Below are positions 1 through 15,954 of a stretch of 64,000 nt of DNA, piece after piece; the stretch's first letter is position 1, and each line of letters begins with the position of its first letter. The notes beneath the pieces were generated by a model. The model had not been told where the DNA came from and made no database searches. It saw only the letters and a list, made by a program, of their open reading frames with translations. Both the position numbers and the translations under genes were made by a program. The DNA lies in assembly GCA_051294375.1 (NCBI GenBank), contig CM119271.1, forward strand, positions 4,845,579-4,909,578, read 5' to 3'. The DNA comes from Paraspadella gotoi. Its lineage: Eukaryota; Animalia; Chaetognatha.

Positions 1-3000
1 AAGTGCAAGTCCGATCGTGAAAGAACAGATTGAGCGCCGTCTTGGCAGCCTTTCCTTTTTTATTCATCCCCGGAGTTAGTTTGACCTTGTACTTGTAATT
101 ATTCATTACTGAGTATGGCGCGCAGACGGGGACCACGTAGAGCAGCGTATCTTCCGTCGAGGGACTTCCGGTGAGAGCGTTAATCAGAGCGAGGTCGTCG
201 TTGCCTAGGCCGAGGCCGAGGTCTTCCGAGTCGAGATCTTCCCCCTTGATCTCGCCCCATGCCTCCACGACTCGACTCTCCATATCCCCAGCGACGGTGG
301 CCCCGATGACCTGGCCCTCGCCGATCTTAACGGGTTCGCGGTTAGTGAACCTTTCCCTTTGCTCTTTCCGCCTTTGCTCCAACGCGGCCAATTTGATGAC
401 CTTTTCCTTCTCTCTCATATCCTTTGCCTTTTTGCCCTTGAGTTTCTTGCCTTCGTCATCGCCTCCAGCCCGAAGGAGGGCGATAGCTCTCTCCTTGTCC
501 TCCTCGTCTTGGTCCTTGTACTTTTCCTTTATCTTCTTCATCTTCGCCCGTTTTCCTCGTTTCATCGGTTCCGGCTGAGACGAAGGCGGTCGTTGTTCCT
601 CCTCCGATTCGTTGTTTTTATCGTCGAGAGTTTTGTCAATCGGTCGCTCGATCGGATCCAAGCTTTCCTCATTCTCCGCCGCCTCTGAAGCCTTTTTCTG
701 CTTCTTCTTCAACTCGCGCCTCTGTTTGGCAGAAAGTTTGGGTTTGGCGCCCGCGTCGTCCCTCGAGGCTCTCGGTCCCAGAACCAAAGGCGCCACGTGA
801 TCTCCAAGCGTCACAATTTTCGTTCCGTCGGGTTCCTCCGTCACGTAAGAATCTTCAGTCGTCAAGTGGCCCGGGGATTCGGACATAGAAAGACTTTGAA
901 GACCTTTAAAGGCTTGGAGCTTTACCCTATTGGATGCGTCAACTTGCATTCTGATTTCCGTGTCGGGAAAACCGACCGAGTCTTTTTCTATTTTCATCTC
1001 CTTAGATTTATCTTCAGCAGCATCTTCCCGAGGATCCTCGTCAGCGGAGGACGAAGCTCTCATTTTTATTTCACGTTCCTCCGCCTTCTTCACCTCATCG
1101 ATGTCATCTTCTTCCTCTCCTTCCGCCTCTCCCGCGTTCTCCCCTTCATCTTCGGCACTGTCATTCGCCTCGGCTTCAACCTCTTCTTCTTCATATTCGT
1201 TCAACTCATTTGCATCTTCCCTCCCCTCCTCTTCGGCAGTCTTCACCCTCCGTTCTCCTTCATGATGTTTCACGGAATCGTCGTCTAAGCGAAACATGAA
1301 ACCGAAACCCATGACTAGATAACAAGGAGGCAAGTAGTTCTTTTTCCCGCGTATCATGAATGAACCCGTCGTCAGATATTCGCCGGTCGGCGCGGTTTTG
1401 GACACCTGATGATGATGCACCCACCAGGCACTGGTTACTATCTTGGCGTCCCACGCCTGGGAGTGGCAGACCGCCATAGTCCCCGCTTCGCTCAGCGTCT
1501 TCGGAGGAATGGGACTTTGGTCCGGAGCCAAGGGGATCTCGGCTCCCGGACGATTCTTGACCACGACGGTCGAGGCACCGTGCAAATCCGCGTGGACGTA
1601 AACGTCTCCAGGTCTGAGGTATTTTTTGACGAGCAGTTCGTTTTGCTGAGCGTCTCGCCCGGCGATGACGACGTAGTTTTCCGAGGAGATAAACCATAAA
1701 AACTTTTCAAACCAGTGGGTGTGTCGGGTTTTGTTAATGGCCACGGCGGTTTGAACTTCTCTAAGTACTTGTTTCGTCTTCTTTTCAGCGTTCTTCAAGG
1801 CCTTGGTGCTTGAGTCGATAGTCTTTCCCTCCTTTTCCGACGCCTGGCGCCGGTGGTCAAAGTACTTTCTCGCGTTAGCGTGGGCGGACAATTCGAGATC
1901 GATGTCGACCCGAGTTGCGGATTTAGGATGGAAGTCTCCTTCGTAGGGATCGCTCAGCAAGAGAGTGAACGAGTCCGTCTCCAACTTAAGTCCTTTAATT
2001 CTAGACGCGACAGGGTCCCCGGAAGCCGCCGCTTCTCCCACCAGTCGTTTGATGTCGTCCCAATCCAACTGATTGGCGATTAAGGCTCGAACGGCGGAGA
2101 GTGCTTTTTCCACCAGATCCAAATTTATCTCTATGAGATCTCCTTTCATCTTGTCCGTCTCTTGGGCTTGTCTTAATGCGTCCAATCGCTTCGTGTGGTC
2201 GGCCTTGACGTTTTCTAGCTTTTTCAGGGCGGACTTCTCTTGCTGCAATGCTTTCGAGTCGAGTTTTTGAGACTCCAGCTTAGAATAGAACTCATCAACG
2301 GCTTGAGAAAATGATGGAAATTCTAGGACATCGACTTTTTCGTTTTGCTCGTGCTGTTTGTACAAAAATGGATGAAATTCGTCGTAGGTAAGGAGAAAGG
2401 CGTTTGCCGTCTCAACCGCAGCGTCTTCTTCCATAGCAGGACGCTTTTCCCTTTTCTGGATTATGTATCCCTTCATCGATTCTCTCAAAGTCAAATTCAA
2501 AATATTTTCCGCTTCGGCCAAAGCGGCTTCGAGTTTCTCCACCGTGGATTCCTCGGAAAAACATGAGGATACTTTCGTATTAGGATTCAATCCAGAAAGC
2601 AACAAGGCATGTTCGATCACAGAAGGTCCGTAAACTAAATGGGGATTGAGAACCCTCTTAATAGCGTCGGTGGGTTTCGCATTTCGGAGGATTTCCTTCA
2701 AAGCATCTCGGTCAAGCATTGGGGGTCTCGGTTTGGCGGATTCAATGGGATAGCGCTCGCGGACGGCGAAACGCACGTCGTGCGAGTCGTCAGTCCGAGG
2801 ACGCAGAATGTTGATGATGGTGAGTTCGTGATCGGTGAGTATGATGTTTCCCCGATCGTACAACTCGACGATAACGTGATAAGCGGCTTCCCCGCTGCCG
2901 AAGCACATGTCAACGATACGGTCCATCCCCAGCAAAGCGATGGACTCCAGCCGACGATTGCGTAGATGCTTACGAAGCTTCATCGCAAAGCCAGAGGGCG

Positions 3001-3211
3001 TGGGATTTTTGGGCCAATCGTAGTCGGTGGAATGAATCCGGTTTCCCGATTCGACGAGGATGACCGCTTTGACGCCATCGGTTCCCGTCAGTCGCAACAA
3101 GTAAGTGCGGTTGTCGACGTCGTAAACGTTGTAGACGCGAAGGCCGACGTGAAGAGACCGAATTTCTGCCACGACAGAGAGAAGGTCGACCGTTGAGAAT
3201 CGAGTCTTCAT
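1..3211 (-). CDS. NEMF: Ribosome quality control subunit NEMF/Rqc2 homolog; no introns in the window, 3' end runs off the window
   Basis: ATG at 3211 reads MKTRFSTVDL...RVYNVYDVDNRTYL...GFAMKLRKHL (NFACT-N). Later come WFEKFLWFISSENYVVIAGRDAQQNELLVKKY...HADLHGA...VSKTAPTGEYLTTGSFMIRGKKNYL (NFACT-R) and PVCAPYSVMNNYKYKVKLTPG (NFACT-C) in the same frame at the window edge. Absent from the ORF track, consistent with no stop in the window. Confidence 0.95.
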   Translation of the reverse strand, partial: MKTRFSTVDLLSVVAEIRSLHVGLRVYNVYDVDNRTYLLRLTGTDGVKAVILVESGNRIHSTDYDWPKNPTPSGFAMKLRKHLRNRRLESIALLGMDRIVDMCFGSGEAAYHVIVELYDRGNIILTDHELTIINILRPRTDDSHDVRFAVRERYPIESAKPRPPMLDRDALKEILRNAKPTDAIKRVLNPHLVYGPSVIEHALLLSGLNPNTKVSSCFSEESTVEKLEAALAEAENILNLTLRESMKGYIIQKREKRPAMEEDAAVETANAFLLTYDEFHPFLYKQHEQNEKVDVLEFPSFSQAVDEFYSKLESQKLDSKALQQEKSALKKLENVKADHTKRLDALRQAQETDKMKGDLIEINLDLVEKALSAVRALIANQLDWDDIKRLVGEAAASGDPVASRIKGLKLETDSFTLLLSDPYEGDFHPKSATRVDIDLELSAHANARKYFDHRRQASEKEGKTIDSSTKALKNAEKKTKQVLREVQTAVAINKTRHTHWFEKFLWFISSENYVVIAGRDAQQNELLVKKYLRPGDVYVHADLHGASTVVVKNRPGAEIPLAPDQSPIPPKTLSEAGTMAVCHSQAWDAKIVTSAWWVHHHQVSKTAPTGEYLTTGSFMIRGKKNYLPPCYLVMGFGFMFRLDDDSVKHHEGERRVKTAEEEGREDANELNEYEEEEVEAEANDSAEDEGENAGEAEGEEEDDIDEVKKAEEREIKMRASSSADEDPREDAAEDKSKEMKIEKDSVGFPDTEIRMQVDASNRVKLQAFKGLQSLSMSESPGHLTTEDSYVTEEPDGTKIVTLGDHVAPLVLGPRASRDDAGAKPKLSAKQRRELKKKQKKASEAAENEESLDPIERPIDKTLDDKNNESEEEQRPPSSQPEPMKRGKRAKMKKIKEKYKDQDEEDKERAIALLRAGGDDEGKKLKGKKAKDMREKEKVIKLAALEQRRKEQRERFTNREPVKIGEGQVIGATVAGDMESRVVEAWGEIKGEDLDSEDLGLGLGNDDLALINALTGSPSTEDTLLYVVPVCAPYSVMNNYKYKVKLTPGMNKKGKAAKTALNLFFHDRTCT

Positions 3212-3451
3212 CGTCAAATTCAGAACCGAGAGAATCTTCCCAATTTACTCAAAAACTTTTTTCAGACAATGAAAATCATTTAAAAGATAAAAAAAAAAAC
3301 AAACAAAATTAAAAAAATATTTAACTAATGATAAATAAAACGATGATGATTATGAACGAATGAAAAGTTTTAATGAAGATCAAAGTTGGGTGACATTGAC
3401 AAACACATGACGAATGACGATGAGGATTGGAGAAGGTCGCGCGCCTATTTA

Positions 3452-6400
3452 TTACCATCCATAGCGAGACGAATGACCTTGGGCGCTCATCGTCCCGCCG
3501 CTCTTCCAATGAGAATAACCAGATTTATACGAATCAGCGCCCGTTTGATTGTCTGCCAAGAATTGGGGTTTTATTAGAAACCCGATTAGTATCCAGTTTA
3601 TTGCAATGTCTGTTAGACAACAGCCACTAACCCGAATAGCGAGATCCGAAACCTTCACTCAAAGAGGGAGCATAACTGTCACTCCCCGTGCTGGTCCAAC
3701 CAACGGAAGACGATAAATGATTGAATGGTCCTGATAAAAAAAATTATATAAGTTAAATCCTTGTTATGATTCTTTCTTTTCGTTGTGTTTATAAATTAGG
3801 AAAAAACAGTTTTTAAAGGTCAACAACGATTTTTATTATTGGATATAAGTCGGACAAGTTCTCCCTCCTTCTCTCTCTCCCTCTCTCTCACTCTCAAAGC
3901 TAATGTTAAAGAGAGAAAATTGTTGATTATTAAAGATCGCTGAAGAAGACTCTTAATAAAGAGTTGAAACTTGTCCGACTTATATCCAATAATAAAAATC
4001 GTTGTTGACCTTTAAAAACTGTTTTTTCTCAAGTTAAATCCTTAATTTTCAAACACTTATAGACGATAGCCAAAGTTAAAAGCGATAATTCTAAATCACA
4101 TCTCAATAAAAAGTATAAAAATAATCCCAGTCAATAAATTCGATCAAATTAATATCTAAATTTTCTCCCGTAATTTTTTGATGGAAAAATTGCAACTTTG
4201 AATCACTCGAGTGGCAAACTTTTACAGTAACTCAACCACAGGCTATTTACGATTCATTACTACGCTCGACAACGAATATATTTTGTGGCTAATTTTTAAA
4301 TGCACTCAATTTACTCACCACTTCGCCCAGGGGCCAAGCCAGGCGAGAATGGGCTGGGTCCATAGATAAACCCGGGGCCTTCGCCGTAACCCATTGCCGC
4401 TCGCTCTTTAGCCTCTCGTTCACGTTTTAGACGCTCCTTGCGCTCCGAGGGAAGTTCCCCTTTGTGCTTTCGACCTGAGACCATAATGTACATTAGTTTC
4501 TTTTGCACAAGCGAGAACATTTTCAAAGGTTAAACAACTAAGTGACCTTCGTCGGAGGGGCTATTGACGGAATCGGAGCTCTTCGGAGGAAAGCGGGCGC
4601 GGAGACGGCCTTCGCGGATGGCGCGCGCACGACGTTCCGAAGGGAGTTCTCCAGAGTGTTTCCTAAAAGGAAGATCATGTGGCGGTACCATTCACACCCC
4701 CCACCTCCATCCCTTCAGCCAATTCCAGCGGCTCAGCGGGGGAAAGCACCATCTCAACCGTGCGTTCTCTACAGTCCTAACGACTTCATGCTGCGTTGGC
4801 AAAGAGTGCGGAGCCGAAGTGACCGTGTCAGTGGCAGGTGTCGCCTCTGGGGGTCGGAGGCCCCCAACGCCAGGTGAGATGCCCTACCCAGCTGAGCAAC
4901 ATAAGCTTTTCGAATTTTATAAACAAAATTTAAAATATTATTTTAGGTTTGTTTAAATATTACATTTTGGAAGCTCGAACGAGATAAAAGCAAAAAGGTA
5001 AAAGAGGATGAAAAGGAACAGCAGCAAGAAAAAAAAACGCAACTGATTAAACGTTAGATTGAGTGTCCTTTTTTTCCTCTATTTTTCAACTCCTAATTAC
5101 ATTTAGTAATACGCCACTGACATTTGCATCCATCCTGAACAATGAACAGCAAAAATAACAAAACTCCAGTATCCACGATACCGTTTTGTGGGCAATGCCA
5201 CAGGATCTTCTGGTTTGGCCGATGTGGTCTCCATCTCCTCGGCCGTGTTCGAAGAGTCTTCAGCCTCTCGATCTTTCTCTTGCTCTTTCTCCTGCTCTTT
5301 GATCTTTTCTCCGGCGGAGTCGGTCTCCGGACGCGGCACCCGCTTCTCGACGACCACCTTGACGCTCGTGTCCAAATCAATCTCAACGTCCATGCCTTCA
5401 ATTAAAACCACACAAAGGATTAATAATATTGAAAATATTTTATTACTCCAGCTCTTCTTGCTTACCAGTGGGACAGAGTTCTCCCTTTAAATACTGGTCG
5501 CAAAGATGACTCCTTCCGGCAAAGCGTCGAGACCTGTTGGTTTCGATGAGGAAGAAGACGTCTACGTCGGAGAGACCTGAAGATGAAAATCAGTAAAAAA
5601 GAACAATTATCAAAACTAGCCTTCTTTAATAGATAATTTAATTGATTATTATTTTGTGCTAACTACGTAATTCTTAACTGACATGAAAATTTGACGAGCG
5701 CCTCCATGAGAAACGTCCCGAAAGAGCACTCGACGGAGTTGGACATGCTGACAAACTTGTAATAGGTCTTTTTCTCCTTCCTCATTCGCTCCCGCCGCTC
5801 GGAGGGAAGTTCGCCGATGTGGCGACGTGGACGGTTTTCCACGCCTGCAGTAGGGGTAGCCCATATCAGTGAAGTGGGTCAAAAATTTTAATTGAGCACC
5901 TGCACATTTTACATTTTTAAAAAAATTATGATAGACAAAAATTTTTAAAATGACTCTATACCCTATATATGAATTTTTTAATATTTATTTATAGGAAAGG
6001 CTAGAAATTTTTGGAGAATTTTTTTATTTTTAAGATAAGATTCAGGTAGCTTGCAAAAAGTTGTCTACACAAAGTATAATTCTTTTTTTGATATTTTGAA
6101 CAAAAGTGGGTGAAAAATAAAAAAAACTATTAAAAATCATCATCAAAAGACATCATCATCATCTTTCGATAATTTTATTATTATTTTCTTAATTTTAACC
6201 GAGAAAACCTAGAAAATTTTAAAAGTTGTAATTATATTTTTTATTTAACTTTTTGTGTTCTATCAGAACCCATCAAAATAATCCATGATTTATTAAAAAA
6301 CATTTTTATCATCATATAATAATATAGTAACAAAAAAAAAAAAGCATTAAAATTGAACTTTTTAAAAAAATTATTTTTCTACTTGAAAGTAGACATCAAT

Positions 6401-7947
6401 ACTGAAGTTTTGTACCCCCGCCCCTTTGATTTTAATTTCATAGTAGATATATACTTGCAGAGTTGAGCAGGGGAAAAGATAGCAGTGAATATAAAAAACG
6501 ATATTTAAACCAACAGCATTAACTGCCTATAGCTATTAACTAACCGTTAGTGTTTTTTTCCGGGTTAGAGTTGGACTCCTCATCTTCGTCACGGGAGACC
6601 TGTTGAAGGCGGGAATCTGATCTAATACTTAAGCGAGTGGTTTTTTTAACAATTTAAACATATTGATAGGGAAACAGGTACTGTGGGAGTGAATAAACGA
6701 AAATGTGAGAGGTCTTGATTGTAAGCTATATCATTTTGGAGTCCTTAAACACTAAACGGGCATAGCCTGTCTAAAGCTTATTTATTTAATTAATGGATAA
6801 TTTTCATATTGGTTTTACCAATTTGATAATTAATTTAATTTAAAATAAGATTTAGTTTCTCAATCTTAAATTGTAATAATAAACCTAAATGAGTTCATTT
6901 TGATTTTGATTAAAGTCTACGTACTATCTAGTAAAAAAGTATATAACATAATTCATTTATTCAATAAAAAGTATACAAAATATGGGTAAAACATTCTCAA
7001 TATTTGGTACACCCTTCCTTGGCATCGACTACTGCTTATATTCGTCTGGGCATGCTCTCATACAGCAAATTGAGGTATGACAGTAAAATATTTTTCTACA
7101 TCTTTAACGCAATTCTTTTCAAACACGATGTTGCATGTCTTTCCTTCTTTTTTAAAAGATATAATAATACTTTTTTGAACCAAAAAAAGGTGCAAGGCCT
7201 TTAACATTGCCAAATTAAAAAAAAAAAAAACTATTCGAAATAAAAATAAAACTACCAAAAATAAAGGAAAACTAAATATAATTTTTTTTTTTGAAGTAAC
7301 AATATTTTTTTTGGCCTGTAACCTCTAAACGATTTGACCTACAAACAAATGGAATGAAGCTACTGAAAAGAAATTTAATATAGATCCGGAAACATTCTGA
7401 TTTTTTTTTAAAATCAAACATGTTTTTAAATAGATATCCTTTATTAAAAATGTTATTTACTTTTTTCCTAGATAGTACCAAGTCTACTGAGGCGAGATAG
7501 CCCCCTTTAAGTACCTCGTAAAGTTGTGTAAGATCGGGATCAACCACAATTTCCGCGTCTTTACCGCAGGGTTTGAGCTCGCCTTTCAAATACATTTCTT
7601 TCAGGTGTTGTTTACCGGCGAACCTGAGTGAGGAAAAAGATAAAAGTCAGATAAAAGGTTTCAGTGGTTGAATCCAGCTGAGTTTCCATTTTCTGCCCAA
7701 TCATCGAATGACGAGATAATTAGAAAAAGAGGATTAGAGATTTGAGTTCCGTTTTTTTGGACCTTTCTGTTATTTATTCTACCATTTTATTTTTTTAACC
7801 ATCTACGAAACCTCACTTTCTGGCGGCGTCCTGAGATTCCATCAAGAGAAAAATGTGCGCGTCCGTGAGTTCCGCGTATTGCATCGTCAACTCCATCAGT
7901 ATCGATGCAAAGTGTTGCTGCATGCTCGATTCGAAACTCACACTCAT
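3452..7947 (-). CDS. Uncharacterised ~10-exon protein with two ~70-aa MADS-like repeats and three R(R/K)HxGELPSER motifs
   Basis: Phase-consistent GT-AG exons at about 7947-7817, 7623-7515, 6599-6545, 5844-5683, 5576-5466, 5396-5182, 4662-4547, 4474-4318, 3730-3632 and 3553-3452. If the last small intron is not spliced, the stop is at 3627. The internal protein repeat supports a real gene. Confidence 0.75.
3763..4030 (+). mobile_element. Penelope-like pLTR-derived foldback insertion in an intron
   Basis: 61-bp inverted repeat at 3800-3860 / 3968-4028; flanking 13-bp direct repeat AAGTTAAATCCTT at 3750-3762 and 4031-4043; contains a hammerhead motif. Confidence 0.75.
3933..3981 (+). ncRNA. 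Minimal type I hammerhead ribozyme
   Basis: aagatcg-CTGAAGA-a-[gactctt aata aagagtt]-GAAA-cttg-TC-cgactt. Core, 7-bp helix II, minimal helix III, GUC site and helix I are all present. Confidence 0.7.
4678..4905 (+). mobile_element. TGTGGC-family short element, 3'-truncated copy
   Basis: Aligns by eye with the copies at 18630 and 59375 (tgtggcggta...cttcagccaat...caaccgtgcgttct...acagtccta...cccccaacgcc). Confidence 0.65.
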
Positions 7948-8204
7948 GACTAAGTTTTTGTTAGAAATTTTATGTAATTCGTTAGAAATCTGTGAAAAAA
8001 ATAATTGTTTTTGTTTTTTTTCTATTCGAAAAATTTCGGAGAGGTCGAGCAAAGAAGACGATTCGCAAAGATTTCTTCGTAGTTAAATGCAAAATAAAAA
8101 AAGTCACCCCAAAAAAGGAACATTCTTCTATCTAAACCAAGTGATTTTTTAAATACGAAAAGTCCATCAATTTGAAGTAAAATATTTTTGACATATAAGT
8201 TTGA

Positions 8205-8400
8205 AAATGTGGAAGACGATGCAGCGAGCAGTTCACCGTCCGTTGCACACAAGGTCCCGAACTTCGGGCTGTAGACGGTCACTACAGGTGGGTTAGACGC
8301 CCCGACGCGTTTCTTGAATGAATCAGCAGGGCGCGAACCCGAGTCCTTTGGGTTGGGAGGAGCTCGTGCTACCTCCGGCGCCATAGGTGCTGCTGATTCT
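8205..8400 (-). mobile_element. tRNA-derived SINE-like repeat (CTCCCAACCCAAAGG family)
   Basis: Minus strand has A-box-like TGGCGCCGGAGG, anticodon-like CTCCCAA and B-box-like GGTTCGCGCCC. Shares the head and AACCC(A/G)CCTGTAG with the copy at 32028. Confidence 0.6.
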
Positions 8401-8432
8401 CGGACGAGTAACGGCGTATGAAATACTACAGC

Positions 8433-8456
8433 TATTTATTTATTTATTTATTTATT
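8433..8456. repeat. (TTTA)n microsatellite
   Basis: tatttatttatttatttatttatt. Confidence 0.85.
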
Positions 8457-9095
8457 AATCACAGAGAGATCTGCCTACAGAGGCCGTCAGATGTTAATGA
8501 GTGAGGTAAACAATCATTTATTTATCTTTTTTGTGTATAATTGATGTAATTCTTGTAAAAATTTAGGTTATGACTTTTAATTAAATTGATGGACTTTTAG
8601 GAATTTCAAGTAAGGCCAGATCATTTTCTTTAGAACAATCGCGTCGAAAAATTTAAAAAAATACAAGACAATTTTTTTGAGCAAAAACCTCAGAGCAAGA
8701 AAGTCATTTTAAACTAATTACATCTAAAGGAACTGCAGAAGAAAAATTTATAAAAAATGCAGCGCCCACCCTCGGGTCCAATTTAAAAAAAAAAATCACT
8801 AAGAGCTAAAAAAAAAAAAAAACAACAAAAAACCCCGAATAAAAGAAATCAAGCGAGACGTCGATTCCGAATAGCGGAGCGCGTCTCGCGGCGAGCGTCT
8901 CGCGGCGCGAGCTCGAGAAGAAAGGCTAGAAGGTAAAGCGAGAGAGCGACGAGAGTGTCGAGCACAGAAAAAGAAAAAAAATGGGGAGGGGAGAATTGCC
9001 GTTGTAAAAGCAATGGCGGGGAGTGGGTAGCGGGTTTTCCGCTCCGAAACGAGCGCATAAACGGCACCCACCAAAAGGAGAGGGGAGGAAAGAAA

Positions 9096-14294
<5,199 letters not shown>

Positions 14295-15954
14295 GATCCG
14301 TTGATAAAGGAGAGAACAAAGAACAGTTGGGTTAGGGAAAAGGGGGGGGGGAGGGAAGCGACGAGTTTGGTTATCGTCGCATCATCCTCGATTCATAATT
14401 CAACTCGGATTTCATTCACGCCTTCGATCGACGAATTTTTCTTCTCGTTGCAGAATCTTCGCGGCTTCCTATGAGAGGTCGTCCCTGTGTTGTTTCTCAA
14501 CATCGCATTTCATTTTCATGACATTCCTCGTTTTCATCGTATTCGTTATAAATGTTTTTGTTTCTTTGTTTCTTTGTTTTTGTTTCCTTATCGAGTTGGG
14601 GCTGTGAATGGTAATACACATCGCGCCAATCAACATGATTACATATTGAATATGTTATGCGCATCACTCATGACAAAAAATACGAACAAAGCTTAAGAAA
14701 ATAGTGTAGTTAAAAAAAATTTTAAAAACTAAAAACCCGTGAAGTTTCGCTGCTCGGCGAGAGACGCACAAACAAATGACCAATTAAATACATTTGGTCG
14801 CCAATTGACCGATTGTAATTTAATTTGTAATTGTTAATTATTTGTCAATTAACATCATAAATATAACTATATTCCGTCTTTTGCTATATTTTATAAAAAG
14901 CTTCAAATAACATTTTTATAATGATCATAAAGCGACTACAAAATCTTGGTAGAAAAAAACAATGACTAATGACTAGTAACGAAAACTGTTCGCGATTTAG
15001 CCAGAAGTTTCCTGCCTACTATCCTAAAAAAACTTTTTAGTATTACGTACTGTGTACCAAAAGGCGTATAAAAATTAAAAAAGGTACGTACTACTAATAG
15101 ATGGAAAAGAACTGAAAAAATTGAAGCAACGAATCTTTGCCATGAACTGGATGATCGAGTTCACGCGTCAAAATTTATCGATAACACTTGACTTCTAAAG
15201 AATCACAAAGAGAGCTTTCTCAAAAAGTTCAGCATCCCTTAGTAGCCTTACTAACGGGTTTTTTAAAAAAAAATATGAGTCCAACACTCAAATGTAAAAC
15301 AATATTAAAAAATCCCACGCGTGAAATTTACTCCAATGATTGAATTTTAATACAAAGATCGTGAGACGTCAGACGATCAAAATGCCTCTACAATTCATTC
15401 GTACACGAATCAGGTCTTAAAAAAATTTATAATTTTTTTCTGAAGAAACCAAATTAAGTTTTTAAATTTATGATGATAATATTTCTGTTTCAATGAGATA
15501 TCATTCAAAAAAGTCTTTCACTAAAGGACATAAAATGCCACACCAACGGATTAAGCCAAAAAGTATAGGAAAATCACAATTTGTATAACCCACTTTAAGG
15601 TTATAAAACTATTAAACGTAATTTTCTACCTAATGCTTAATAAATACATTGTGTTTCGTTATTGTTTAGCACTCGATCTTTCACAATACCAATTGTCCAA
15701 GCACGATAAACTGAATCAAAAAAAATCATCAAAACGTAAAAAGGTCATAAAAAATATTTGATTCAGTCATATTGATAGATAAATTCTATATACTTTACTT
15801 ACGTGAACAAAGCTGATTGGAAGGAAGAATAAATACAGTAACGGGAAGCTTTGATTAATCAAAATCTTATAAAAAAAAATGACAGTCGCCATAACGATAA
15901 ACTCAGACCAGGAGGGGGATTTTACTTTTTTTGCTATCAACGAAAAAAAAAAGA

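Noticed and set aside
171-3196. Many plus-strand ORFs over NEMF, and likewise over other GC-rich exons
   Set aside because: Antisense or off-frame shadows of real minus-strand coding sequence, with no recognisable motifs.
8296-8335. Hammerhead-like string on the minus strand (GCCCTG-CTGATTC...GAAACGCGTC-GGGGC)
   Set aside because: Has a canonical-looking GAAACGCGTC but lacks the conserved G8/A9 and helix II; CTGATTC is explained by the stem around the tRNA-like head.
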